Made by a program: the position numbers and the translations under genes. Of a stretch of 64,000 nt of DNA, positions 13,473 through 26,269 are shown in pieces (the stretch's first letter is position 1; every line of letters begins with the position of its first letter). The DNA is taken from assembly GCA_043228905.1 (NCBI GenBank), contig JBHGNT010000003.1:4526001-4590000 (forward strand), written 5' to 3'. The notes below the pieces were generated by a model that worked only from the letters and a program-made list of their open reading frames with translations, ran no database searches and was not told where the DNA came from. Source of the DNA: Azolla caroliniana (Eukaryota > Plantae > Polypodiophyta).

Positions 13473-16400
13473 TTATTTCCACCCAAGCCTCTCGAAAAGA
13501 AGTGGGGGGTCAAAGGGTCTTGATGTGGGTTCCAATGTAGAGAGTGCCCTAGCCATGGCTTCTAGGCGGTGTAGCTCACGTTCCCTTATTTTCAATATTG
13601 CTTCCACATCACGTCGAGTTGCTTTGAAACCCGGCACCCGAGGACGTCTGGTTCTTCTCTGGTTTTCTGCCTCATCAATGGAAAGGCCGAGTGGTGCAAG
13701 TGTGTCGGCATTCGTTGTCTCCTCGTGTTCCTGAAAAACTTCATTTGTTACATGTTCGTGATCATTAGCAACATTATTGTCAACATTTTGTAACTTATTC
13801 TCTGTGTGTTGTTTTAGCTCTAGAATGTATTTGCCTAATTTCTTTATATCTAGAGTATCTAATAGTTTGGGGAGGGTGGGAGACGAACCAAGTATGTCTT
13901 GGTATTTTGCCCTTATCTCGGCATAGGTTGGACACTTGCATGTAAAGTGGTACTCATCCTCTATCTCTATGTGACATAACCTACATATCCTTTCCTACCT
14001 AGGGACTCCACTAGTACAACCATTCTCAATCTCAAGTTGGTGAGATGATATTCTAAGTTGTCCAATGGCAACCCTTAGTGCATGTGGTAAGAATACATCT
14101 AGATATTTTGGCTGCGTGATAAAACCTAACTCAGAGAGGTGCATGAAGTGTTTCTTATAGTACAACATTTTAGATGGGAGTGGCTCTAGTGGGGTGATCC
14201 ATTTACACCGAGTGTAAATTTGCCATATTTCTTGGCGTATTACTTTATTGCGGTCCTCATGAGAGATTAAAGTGTTATCACTCGTGTGGTTGTACCTAAG
14301 GGGAGGTAGGTTATTAATGTCTAGACCATTCGTAAGAAGCCAACTAACCATCATGCCATACCATGAGCTAGTATAACCGGACTCATACAATGATCGAGAG
14401 GCCTTAAAGGCTTGATGAGATATTCTATCATGTGGTTGGCTATGTATCCTGTGAATGAAGACTACAAGTTGAAAAAGTGCCTCTACTAACATTGGGGGTA
14501 ACGTGAACTCAACCCTAATAATGTCATGTGGTATAGTCAATTTGCTTCGGAGTTGGCGTGATAGCATCATCACCAATGGTCTCTCTAATTATGTCCACAT
14601 GAAAGATGGTAATCCTAGAGCCCAAACCGCTGATGCATACATGAGGGAGGGGGTCACTAATGAGTCAAAGAGCCACCCTTTAGTCCGTGGCTCTTGAAAG
14701 TGTGCTTGGTGGCATTGTCTCTCTAGGAGTGAGAGGGATGCATGTCCTCTCGTGAGTCTATCCTTCGCTTCTTGTGTCATCGAAAATTTACCTGAGCGGG
14801 CACTAAAAGTGACTCCGAGATAGACGTATGATCCAACCACCTCGACTGGGCTATGGGAGATAGTTAGGTGACACTTAGCTCTAACTTGGGCCGATGTGTG
14901 GAAGATAAGGACTTTCGTTTTCCCTAGATTCACTACCAATCCTCGTTGTACACAAAAGTCATCTAAGGCATTAAGGTGCCTTTGTAGGTCGTGTTCGGAT
15001 TCAGAGAGCAAAACTATGTCATCCGCATAGAGCAAGATACGAACCTGCGTATTCCCAAGGACCACTACGGTGCCTCCCTCACGAGCAATAAAATCTTTGA
15101 TCTCATCAATGTAGATCCCAAAAAGCGTCGGTGATAGGGGGCAACCTTGTTTTACACCAATAGTGCTAGTGAAACGATTAGATAGGCCACCTGGGCATCG
15201 GACACACCCCGACACTTGTTCATATAGTGCGTAGATGGCCCATACCATATCATCTGGTATCCTCAAGCTTTTAAGTCTATCAAACAACCGCTCTCTAGGG
15301 ACTGTGTCAAAGGCTTTGCGGAAGTCCACAAAACAACAGTATAATTTCTTCTTGCGAGCCTTAGTTTGGTCAATTAGGCATCTAAGTGTGAAGATATGAT
15401 CAATAGTGAAGAAGGCTCGTCTAAAGCCAGCTTGTTCAGGTGCACGAAGGTTTAGGGTTTCCATATAGTCGCTAAACTCTGCTTCCATTACTGCACCATA
15501 TAACTTAGCAAGGGTATGGCCTATCATAATGGTCCTATATGTATTTGGGTCCATGGGGTCCCCCCCTTTATGTATGGGGGCCACTGTATTCATAGTCCAC
15601 TGTGGTGGAAAACCCTCCGCAAGGGCACGATTGAAGATTAGAGTTAGCAAGGGAGCTAGGCACTCTCTCACATATATAATGTGTTCTGCTCGCAATCCTG
15701 TGTGGTCCATGGACTTCCTATGTTGTAATTTCTTTATGACCTTCACGACCCTAGAGGTCGTGAAAAGTGTCCCCGTGGTAGGCCGGGGTGTGGAAGGCAT
15801 TGGAATGGGTGGTTGGTTTGGGATTTGGTAAAGTCTCTCTGTATATGTGTGCCAAGTTTCGGGATCTTCAATGAGTGTTTGTGGTCTTGGCTCCCGTAGT
15901 CTCTTCCATGTCGTGGCGCAATCGCTACTCATGAGTATATGGTAGAGTTCCCAGTATTGGGATGCCTCCCACGCTTGTCTCTTACAACGTGTCATCTTAC
16001 GCATTTCTTTGCGGGCTTGTATGGAGGTAATACTACCATTGAGTTGCGATACTGTAAGTTGTCTATGTAAGTCCCTACAATCCTCGTCATACCATTTATT
16101 TTGTGGCATTGATCCTGATCTACCTTGATTTGAGTGTTTTGTATATGGGAAACTGCTAGCTGCTGCGGAGTGAAGGATGTGTGTGAGTTTTGTACTAAGG
16201 CTTTCTAACGGTAGGGAGGGATCAAGGGAGGGGAGATGGGCCTGAACATGTTGAGAGTATATGTCAGAGAGCTCATGTGTGAAATGTATTGTGGTGTGAT
16301 GGCATGGTTGACTAGACTTGGTGACCTTAGAGATATCACATTTTAGCTCGAAGTATAAGAAACTATGGTCTGCGCCAATAGGGCATGGGGCCACTCGGAA

Positions 16401-17210
16401 GGAGTTAATCATGTGGGTAGCTTCAGGGCGCCCTATTAGATAGTCAACTGTGCTTTCCCCTCCTCCATGTGGGAAACATGTGAGCTCTTCCGAGCCCGGC
16501 CACTTAGCTAAACCATTATATATGACCATCCGGTGCCGACTGCCAAGTTCGAGCAGATGATGGCCAAAGCTCGTGGCGTCCGCACCTTGATCCTTTGATC
16601 TACGTGTGGTGCCTATGTCTAAAGGATCAACATTTACCATTTCTAGGTTTCTATTCATCTGAAATACTGTGCATTGTCGGGATTGGGTTCTCGCATTGAA
16701 GTCTCCTACAAGAAATACTTCTCCTTGGGAAGAATATTGGATTATGTCATCCGATGGGGGTTCGTATGGAGAAGGCCCATGTGGCATTCCTTCATCAACT
16801 AATCTCGTCAAGCCACCAATATTATAACGGGATCCTTTTGGGGGAAAGTAACAAATGGCGAAAAATACTGCCTGATCTTTGCTTGTGGAGACTTTCACCC
16901 ACATAAAACGAGCTTCTGGGTCTATCTTCATTATTTCTATCCTATTATGTAGCTCTCTATGAAACAGTATCGCGACACCTCTAGATCCCCTAGTAGTTTG
17001 TCGACGTGAGGTTTGTCTAAAAGCGGACTCCCAACGGAATCCTTCGACCCGTGGGAGTCCTCTATTTGGGCTCTGATGTGTTTCTACCAAGAAAAGTATA
17101 TCAGATACCTTTAGTATCTCCTCTAGGCGGCCGGGGTGTTCCCAGAGTACGCCATTACAATTCCATAGGGTAATCCTAAGTGCATTTTCTGTCACATGGG
17201 CCACACACCG
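13473..17210 (-). pseudogene. LINE A ORF2 (AP endonuclease + reverse transcriptase + zinc finger), in-frame nonsense codons at 14589 and 13995
   Basis: LWNCNG, VETH, GDFNA, VDY and DH endonuclease motifs; FVDFRKAFD, GVKQGCPLSP, YADD and YLG RT motifs; ORFs 14589-17204 and 13995-14576 share one frame. Confidence 0.93.
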
Positions 17211-18024
17211 TCAATTAGTAGTGCGATCATTTATGATCACTTGCCTGTCTCGGTAAAAGGCACGATGGCCTTCTTTACGAGCTTGCATAACTCGTGGCAT
17301 ACAACTCTTGCGATGCTCAATTTGCATCTTAGTGAGGTCTTCATCGAGATAGATGGGGTCCCCATCCATTCCTCGAAGGATTGGTCTCTTCTTAAAGAAA
17401 GTGATTCTAGAGTCTAAGTCTTTAAATTGAAGGACTAAGGCTCTCTTCCTAGTTGTGTCACGCCCGACCCTCCATGCTTTGGTGATAGGTAGGGCCTCTG
17501 TGTACCCTAACATTTTCCCAAGTGTTTGTGCGTCCTCATTTGGGGATGCACCTTCCTTGAGCCCAGTGACACGTACATTTAACCGTCGGGCCTGACGCAT
17601 TTTCTCTTCTTCAAGGGTGGTATTAACAATATTTTCATCTTTTATTTCTTTTTTAATGTTTCTTTTAACCACATCTACCCAACCCGTTTTAGCTAACTCT
17701 ATGTTATTATTAACTTCCTCTTTAACTTTTTTAATTTCATCCTTTATATCCTCTATAGAGGATATTTCACCGTCTTCTCGAGATACCTCGATGTCCTTAA
17801 GTTGTTTTTTAAGGTCGGTGTTTTCTACTTTAAGTTGTTCTATTTCGGCCTTGAGGGCGTCTTTTTCCTCTCTATCTTTTTTCTTGTGGGTTTCGGTGTC
17901 TTTCACCCATTTTTTCATATCCATCTCTATTTTTGTTAAACGATTAAACATATCTAAAAAGTCCTCCTTACTTATAGCCTCGTCTTGTATTATCCTTATG
18001 TTCCTTAGTTCGTTTAGACGTCAT
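17211..18024 (-). pseudogene. LINE A ORF1 (coiled coil + RRM-like nucleic-acid-binding domain); frameshift near the ancestral ATG at 18024, open from 17951
   Basis: RRLNVRVTGLKE...AWRVGR...ALVLQF...IYLDEDLT, typical of the L1/CR1-type ORF1 fold. Confidence 0.85.
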
Positions 18025-18867
18025 TGTGGTGTCAATAAGAAAAAAAGGTAAAGTAAATGGGTACGAGACTTAGCCTAGTTTGTGTGTATGTCACAATCAC
18101 ATCGGCATTTTGTAGCACGTGACGAGCACACCAAAAGAACCCACCCACGAACTCGTCAAGAAAATGGCAATTCACAACGTCAAGAGAAAAACGGAGAAGA
18201 AACACCCCGTGACAGCGACGGTGACGATGGCGGTCGTCAAACGACGACAGCAGACAGCGGTAGTCGTCGAACGACGGCGACGGCGACGACACTAACCGGT
18301 GACAACAATGGCAGAGAGAGCCGTTACACAGAGGCGAGGAAGCGAGAGAGAGAGAGAGAGCAGACGGCGACGACTGTAGCGGCGGCAGACAATGGCTGCA
18401 GACGACGACGACGGCGACGACGACGACAACGACAGCAACGACAGAGAGAGCCGTTACACAGTGACAGCAATGGTACAATAATGTAGAATAGACGGGCAAG
18501 ATGCTCAACAAGTTAGCTTAAGGAAACACAAACGCTTTACAATGGTGGCCGCCATGGCCGCACCAAACGACTATATGAAAAACCCTAAAGGAAAACCCAA
18601 GAAGAAAACCCTAACCGAAACCCTAAAACTGAATAGGAAACCCTCGACCTAAGTGGTATGCCTCTCTCCCTCAAAATAGGCAACCCCTCATAAGTGACCC
18701 CTCCCTTCCTTTTATAGCCCAAGGAGGGAGGAACCTTACAATGTGGGATAGAATTTCCCCTCTTATTTCTATACACCATTTCCTAGTATGCATGTGCACA
18801 TGGTGCACACCACCGATTTGCCTATTCCACCCCGGTTTCCGCCTATGGATGAAAATCTTCATGACAA

Positions 18868-19382
18868 TGTAAAGTAGAATGTACTCAGACAGAGTACGAA
18901 AAACAGAAATAGCACAAGAGACAGAAACACACGATCTTAACGTGGAAACCCGTAATGGGAAAAACCACGGGGGTCCACAAACCCATAGAAACATAATCAC
19001 TATGCTAAGAGGAGAAGTACAACTAGAAACTCCGAGGCAACGACCTCGAGATTCTACTTCGTCAACAGACGGCTACACAGTTACACACTCTCTCACTCTC
19101 ACTCACTTCTTGTTACACAATTACAGAGGCAAGGACCTTTTAGGTAACTTTTAACAATGACTCATCATGATCATCATGATTGCCCTAAGTACTTATACTA
19201 GTACACCTTTTGGGTTATTTACAAGTGTAGCCCATAGGGGCATATTTAGACTATTTACAAGTATAGTTTTCCGAGTTGGCTGTCTACACGATTTCGGTTT
19301 TGGCCTCGGCCTATCCACCTCGGCTGAGTATCTCATCAACTCGGCTCTTCTCTTCCCATCCAGAGGAACCCATTTCCTAACA
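18868..19382. mobile_element. Probable Copia-type solo LTR
   Basis: TGTAA...TAACA termini and an aacgtggaaaccc...gggaaaaaccacgg motif common in plant Copia LTRs; no matching TSD seen. Confidence 0.6.
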
Positions 19383-19699
19383 GAAAGACCATGCAAAGTA
19401 GTGTTGATGATGATGAAGGTTGGGCGAAGTAGCATTTGATGAAGACAACACAAGGTATTGAAAATGATAATGTCGAAAACAAGGCAACAAAGACGATGAT
19501 GATGAGGAAGCATCTCCGAAAACAATGACTGTGGATGGTGTCTCTAGAAGCAACGCCGACTATGACGAATATATCTTTAAAACCAAGGATGTTTATGATG
19601 GTAACCTTGGAAGCAAGTACGGTGACAATGGTGTCTCTTGAAGAAAAGGTGGAGGCTATGAAGAAGATGGGTGATGCTACCAGTTGGAAGGATTCAAAC

Positions 19700-20394
19700 T
19701 GTTCCTCACACGAGTTCGTGTTCCAGTTCCCGGAGAGGGTTGCACATGGTCACTCGTGCCCAGTTGGTGTTGCAAATCCCGGTGAGGGCCACACATGGTC
19801 ACTCACGCCCATTTGTGTTCCAGTTCCCGGTGAGGGCCGCCCATGGTCACTCTTGCCCATTGGTGTTCCAGTTCCCCGTGACGACCGCACATGGTCATTC
19901 ACGCTTGTTGGTGTTCCAGTTCCTAGTGAGGACCACACATGGTTGCTCATGTCTGTTCGTGTTCTAGTTCTCGGTGAGGGCCACACATGGTCGCTCACGC
20001 TCGTTGGTGTTTGTGGAGTCATTGACACATCAATCTCGTCTTCTTGTTCCATTCCATCTTGTCTCCTTCTTCATCTCTTTCTTTATCCTCTTGTGTCGTT
20101 CCTAGCTTCTTAAGTTCCACGCTTGTAGCCCCATTATCCGTGCTTCATCCGAGTCTATAGTTGGTGTGTCCATGAAACTTTGAATCCCTTGAAAGGGACC
20201 AAGGAGGTTACAAGTATCTATACAAGTTCTGAGATTGAATATCTCTAGAATATACCCATCTAGAATTATATACCATAGAATATTTCTAGAATATACTAAA
20301 GACTAGAATATATGCTAAACTATACAATATTAAACCATATTCAAGTTCATAAGAGTTTCCATATGGTCTAACATAACACTATGTACTAGGTATG
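19700..20394. mobile_element. Rearranged chromovirus family A fragment: linker repeats (+), R-U5 (+, 20020-20177), PBS (20180-20190), then inverted U3 (20191-20394)
   Basis: 20020-20177 is the reverse complement of 10863-11020, while 20180-20394 is a direct match to 11028-~11258. Confidence 0.85.
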
Positions 20395-23147
20395 TGTTGG
20401 TCACCTCGGACGACCAAATGGGAAAGGACGAAGCGGGAAAGACAAGCGGACGGTTATGGCTGAGTAAAGAAGATGGATGGGGCTGAAAAGAAGTAAAGAA
20501 GAAGAAAAAATAAAACGGCTAGGACATTCATGAAGGATAACGGTTCGGGCTTTGTGTGTAACCGCCCATGACCCAATAAAGGGCATGGAAAACCTGTAAA
20601 CCGCCTATTTTCTGTGTCTCTATTCTGTGATGACCTTTGTTTGTGTCAAGTCCACCTACTCTGTGTGCTTGTGCGTAATGTGGCGGTTGTGGCCATCTGC
20701 GTAAACTTCCACAATCTCCACGGTAGACATCCCCATCGCGATTCTGGAAAAACAACCCGAGCTACGACTACGCTCTTCCGCAGTCATTCCTTAACTACAA
20801 TACCCCTTGAGCCGAACCCCAAACGACCGAGGATTTGACACCGTGTTATCCTAAGCCGATAACAATTTTGGCACATATGGTGGATCTCTAAGTACACAAA
20901 AGAACATCGGGGAATGGATGTCGTCTAGTCAAAGAGGCAACAAAGAGACAACATGGTGAGGTAAACCTCAGACCCGAGCGGAATCCCGACAAGCAGTAGA
21001 GCTCGCCTTGGAAAAGTTACGTCACGACACCCGCTTGCTAGATCTTGAAGAAAGCATGGTCGAGTCCATGCTCACCGAGCACAGTGCCTTTGGACATGAG
21101 GTCCTCGCCCCAATTCACCTGGTCATTAGAAGCACCACCGGGAGTAATTTTGTGGTCAAACACAACGATAACTACACATCATTGCTGGCGGATCACGCCC
21201 ACGACAACATCGAACTTTACACGTTCGACACCATGACATTCCCACCCACGTTACAATGGTGAACTTGATGCTGAGGCCCATGCGAGGTCCTTTCTCATTG
21301 GCTAGTTTTATTCGACTAGGTAGTTTAGTCAGGAGTCCATCGCCGATTTCGTCATTTGATTCCAAAACCTCAACAACCAACTAATGCAAGCATCCACTAA
21401 GAAGGAGGACAAGGACACCTTTTTAGCCGCCTTATGCAGACCCATGCGAAGGACGCTGGGCATGCTCGATTTCACGAGCCAAATGGCGGAGACAGTATTC
21501 GACTGGGTTCTTCGATTGGAGATGGAAGATACAGAAGGAAGCATGTCCATGATCTCCCGACGACAAGCGGTACCACAAGATGACTACTACTGGTTCCGAC
21601 AAGTGATTGAGTGCACCATCTACCTCAATCTGGGACATTTGGCAGTCAAGTATATTATGCGGGCACGCTACCCAATTTGCCACTCTAGGGTACATACGGT
21701 CGATCAATGCGAGTATAACCTCTTGAATCAACCCACGACACCGGTTTGGAGAATCAAACCATAACGCAATGGCAGGCAATCGAAAGAGCGGTTTTGCCAA
21801 GACGAACTCTATCGAAATGCAGAGCGCCCTCATAATGTGCTCGCCGAGACGACAACCACTATTGGGACGATGAAGATAGAAACGAAGATGACTACTGTCG
21901 AAATGACTGATACGACAATAGAAACGGGCAATGTTACGAAAATAGGCGCCCCACGAATAATAGAGGTGGGCAGGCCGAACCATGGGCGTACAGAGGAGAT
22001 CGACAACCTCGTAACCAATGCCCACATGACGACAATTCCGGGGAGGACTGACGCCGACCTCCCAATAATAATTGACGTGACTACCGCAGGAAACCTCGCA
22101 ACATGCTCCACTACGAGTAGCCGCAACCTTGCAATGAGCCTGAGCTAGTGGCTCCACCAACAACCGAAAGAGGCGAGTCTAGTGTGCATTGCTTTATCCT
22201 CCAACAACCAGGGCGCTACGCGACCTAGTGCCCACGATGTGAAAAGGGGAAGGGACCTGTGGTCAATACGATCATTGTGGAGGTCCAACAAGTAGCAACC
22301 TGGGGCCAAGCGAAGCCATCCGATTGGGAAGTCCTGGATGACATTCACAAAGCCGCGAAAGCATGGGTCAAAAAAGCCAATGAGGTGAACGTCGAACAGA
22401 TGCGCCAAGAGAGCACAATCGAAATGTCGACGTCACGAACGAAGGACAACCCGATATGGAAAGCCCTCGCCAACTACCAAATCACAATGATGATGGAAAA
22501 ATTATTGAACTTAGTCCCTAGATTTTGGCAAACAATGGAAGCACAAATGCGAAAAACGAACTCGATAATTATTCTTGCGACTTTCACGGAATCAACAACA
22601 GGCCGACAATGGTCAACCACCATAACCCAGTCATTAATGTAATCCTACACGGGGAAGAAATTCAGGGATGCATCGTTGATGGTGGTTCTGAGGTGAATGT
22701 CATCAACAAAACTACCTGCAACTGCTTGGGCATCACAAATTGGGAGGCGTGCCCATTCTGGCTACGCATGGCGAATACCAGATCTGTCCAACCATTAGGG
22801 CTATTGCGCAAATTGGTGATCGTGATCGGCGGACATATGCTCGAAATATCGGTGGTGGTCTTGGTTCTTGACGCTTCGGGAGCATACCCTTTACTGCTAG
22901 GACCACCATGGTTGCGCTCTGTGAACATCAAGCACCATTGGCAATACAACAACATCAGCTTTCGACGAGGAAGTGCGAAAATTCGGGTGCTGATGTAGGA
23001 AAGTGCACCACCAACAAAGGCAATGACTCCGCTTTACACAGAGGAGCTCAACATGCTCGAGGGCATAGACGAGGATTTAGAGAATTATTTGGCGGAAAAC
23101 CCTCAAATCGTCCCTTTGTTCGACATCAACGTCATCGAAACAACAGG
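20395..23147 (+). mobile_element. Non-chromovirus Gypsy element E, 5' half: LTR 20395-20864, degenerate PBS at 20869, gag and protease remnants
   Basis: TGTTG...TAACA LTR then tggcacatatggtgga; aspartic protease CIVDGGSEVNVI...YPLLLGPPWL in ORF 22525-22998. Confidence 0.75.
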
Positions 23148-23984
23148 CGCCCATCTATCCAGAGCTGGTCACATCCCCAAACTCTCCTTCTTTGACCACC
23201 AATTCTGTGAGCATTGCGAATATGGCAAGCAAGCCGTGACTTGACACTCGACGCCATCACTGGGTGAATCGAGCCCGATCGATTTGGTCCATTTGAATAT
23301 ATGTGGCATTGGTGTCTTATATTTTGTTAGCTTGATCAACGACTGGACTCGCAAGGTGTGGGCATACTCGGCCAAAACCAAAGATCGGGTTTTCTCGATC
23401 TTCCAGGAATGGCTCACCATGGTAGAGAACGAGTCCCGTTGAAAGCTGAAATGCCGTCAAACCGACAAAGGGGGAGAGTTTAGATTTGAAGAATTCTTTA
23501 GATTTTGTCAACAACATGACATTCGACGTGAATACACGACACCTCATAGTCTGGAGCATAATGGAATTGCCAAATGGATGAATTAGAAAATTCAAGAATG
23601 AAGTGTCCATGCTCCAACACTCCGGATTGTCGAATGGCTTCTGCCTAGAGGCCATACTTATGGCAGTACACATAATCAATATGTCACCGAGTAGGCCTCT
23701 AGGACTTCAAATACCTCAGGAATTATGGACCGATAGTAAGCCGAATTATGAGAAATTGAGGATCTTCGGATGTAAGGCATATGCCTTCATACCGAAAGAT
23801 GATCGCCAAAAACTTGCACCGAGGTCTAGGTAATGTATTTTCCTTGGCTATGGACTATATGACGAAATCGGATACGGACTCTGGGTGTCAGGGATAGTAC
23901 TAGAGGCAAGGAGAATTAACACTAAAGATAGAGGAGAAGAATGAGGATTAGTACTAAGAAGGGAAAGAGTGTGAGAACCACGTG

Positions 23985-24022
<38 letters not shown>

Positions 24023-26269
24023 AGAGATAATGATGACAACAAGAAGTATATTATATTATATGAAGAAAGATACAAGAACAACTAGGAGGCTTAAGACTGG
24101 TGTTGAACCGAATTGGTTCAGAATAGTGTTGTGAAGATTACCCTTGAAGTTTTTGAGTAATCTAGAATATACATGAATTTACTATAGAAATAATAAATGA
24201 AACTAATATTTTTTGTATTACAATTCATGGTTTAATGGCAATTGTTCAGCCCATGTAACACAAAGTCATGGGTTCGAATCCCTTCGAAGCCATACCATGC
24301 CATATCATGACACTACCCCCCCCTTTAAGAAGACGAGTGTGACGAGTCGTCTTAGATGGAGGACCCGGTTTGTCGGGATATTGTCGATGGAAGTCCTGAA
24401 TAAGAGCTCGAGCATTTGTGACCGTTCTCGACTGGTTCTCAAGTACGCTCACTTGGACTATAGCCTAGCCAATCGACCAAATAGTAGAGCTTGTTGCGAA
24501 CAATCTTGGAATCGAGGATGGCAGCAACTTCATACTCCGGTCCAGCTTAAAGCTCGATCAGAGGTGGAGGTGGTTCCGTAATACGATTTAGAATAGTCTT
24601 ATCTTGATAGGGTTCGAGAAGAGAACTATGAAAAACCGGATGTAACCGTAGTTGCGGAGGTAGATCAAGATGAAAAATGACATCATTAAATTTTCCGATA
24701 ATACGGAAATGACCTAATCGTCAATAATCCAATTTTTATTGATAAATTATCGCATGGTCGAGTAGTCTTGATGTGTCGTCGTAATAGCCATACCCAATTT
24801 CAATTGTCAAAACAGGACGGAAGTTGATGACGATCCGCATAAGTCTTATGTGTTTGTTGAGCTTGATGTAAATGGGTAGATATGTCTGCCTATATCTTGC
24901 GTAGCCCCTCCAAATGCTCCTCTGCATGAGGATTTGTGGGTAACTCCGGAGGTTCGAACACACCATTGAGAATGATAGCTTGTATAAGCATAAAATGATG
25001 TAACACTAGTCGATCAGTGGATAGAATTATTATAAGCAAATTCAGCAAAGTGGAGAATATCCGTCCAATCATCTTGTTCATAGCTTAGAAAACACCAAAG
25101 ATATTGTTCCAGTGTTTGATTTGTTCATTTTTCTTGGCCATTTGTTTGAGGGTGATAGCCAGAGGAGAGGTTACAAGTGACCTTAAGCATTTTGAAGAGA
25201 TGCTTCCAGAATTTCGAGACGAATTGAGGTCCGTGGCTGCTGATGATACTATCCGGGATGCCATGATGCCAAAATACCTCACGAATGACAATTTCAGCGG
25301 TTTCTTCACTAGTGATAGCCTTAGTATAAGGTAGAAAATGTGCCATCTTAGTATATCGATCCACTTTTGTTAAGATTGCATAGGATCCCTTTGAAATTGG
25401 AAGATCTATGATAAAATCTAGAAAAATGGACTACCACGGCTTGCTTGGAATTGGTAATGGTTCCAATAAACCATATGGATGATGTCTTGGCATCTTTGTT
25501 CTACAACATGTATCACGTGTCCGAACATAGTCTTTGACAAATCGTCGCATATGAGGCCATCAAAATGATCGTTGTACTAAATCGAACGTTTTAGTACTAC
25601 CAAAATGTCCAGTTATATATGTGTCATGACAATTTTGGACTACTCGAAGGCGACAAGAAGCAGTGGTAACATACAAGAGTTTCTTAAAGAATAGTAATCC
25701 ATCATGACATTTGAATTGTCGATAGTCCGTACCTCGTTGTTGTGACTGTGAACAGGTTTCCGGCGAGGGATCAATTTGCGCTAGAATGGCTTGAGCGAAA
25801 GCGGGTGTCGTCAAGTCTTCATGTATGGTCTTGATAATGCGGGAATCCAATGCAATGTCAAAAACCCACGTTGCTTGTAGTCATGCTAGTCTCAGGATTA
25901 CTTGCTTTTGATTATCGAATGCTGGATCATAGGGACGAGGTGCTAGATACAAGCACCACGATAATGCATCTGCCTTCACTTGCTGCTTCCCAGGACAATA
26001 TATAATTTCTAAGTCGAAATGAGTGAGGAATTGGGCCAACCGAGCTTGTCGTCGATTTACTACACTAGCATTCTGGAAATAGGCAAGGTTCTTGTGATGA
26101 TTGAATACGTTGACTTGATGAGAAGATCCCTCTAAAAAATGCCTCCATTGTGCAAAAGAAAGAATCCAATATTGCTAATAGCTCCTTGTCATGTATCTTG
26201 CAGTTTATTTCGCCAACATCAAACTTGCGCGAGTGGAAAGACAAAGGATCATTGTTGTAAAATACTTAG

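Larger units (their letters stand above)
13267..18475 (-). mobile_element. RTEX-like LINE, copy A (~5.2 kb, near full length) with (TTTC)n tail
   Basis: GTC-rich 5' UTR, ORF1, APE-RT ORF2 with C-terminal RICRLC..EDEYHF..CPTY zinc finger, and a microsatellite 3' tail; collinear with copy B. The clade call is from motif recall. Confidence 0.9.
13142..18866 (-). mobile_element. 5' LTR of the tRNA-Trp-primed Gypsy element, split by LINE copy A (13142-13266 and ~18476-18866)
   Basis: tgtcgcg 4 nt from the PBS; catgaca at the far end; ggggtcttggactag is shared with the element D LTR. Confidence 0.6.

Noticed and set aside
24220-24295. Functional tRNA gene
   Set aside because: Acceptor and anticodon stems do not pair; kept only as a tRNA-like module.
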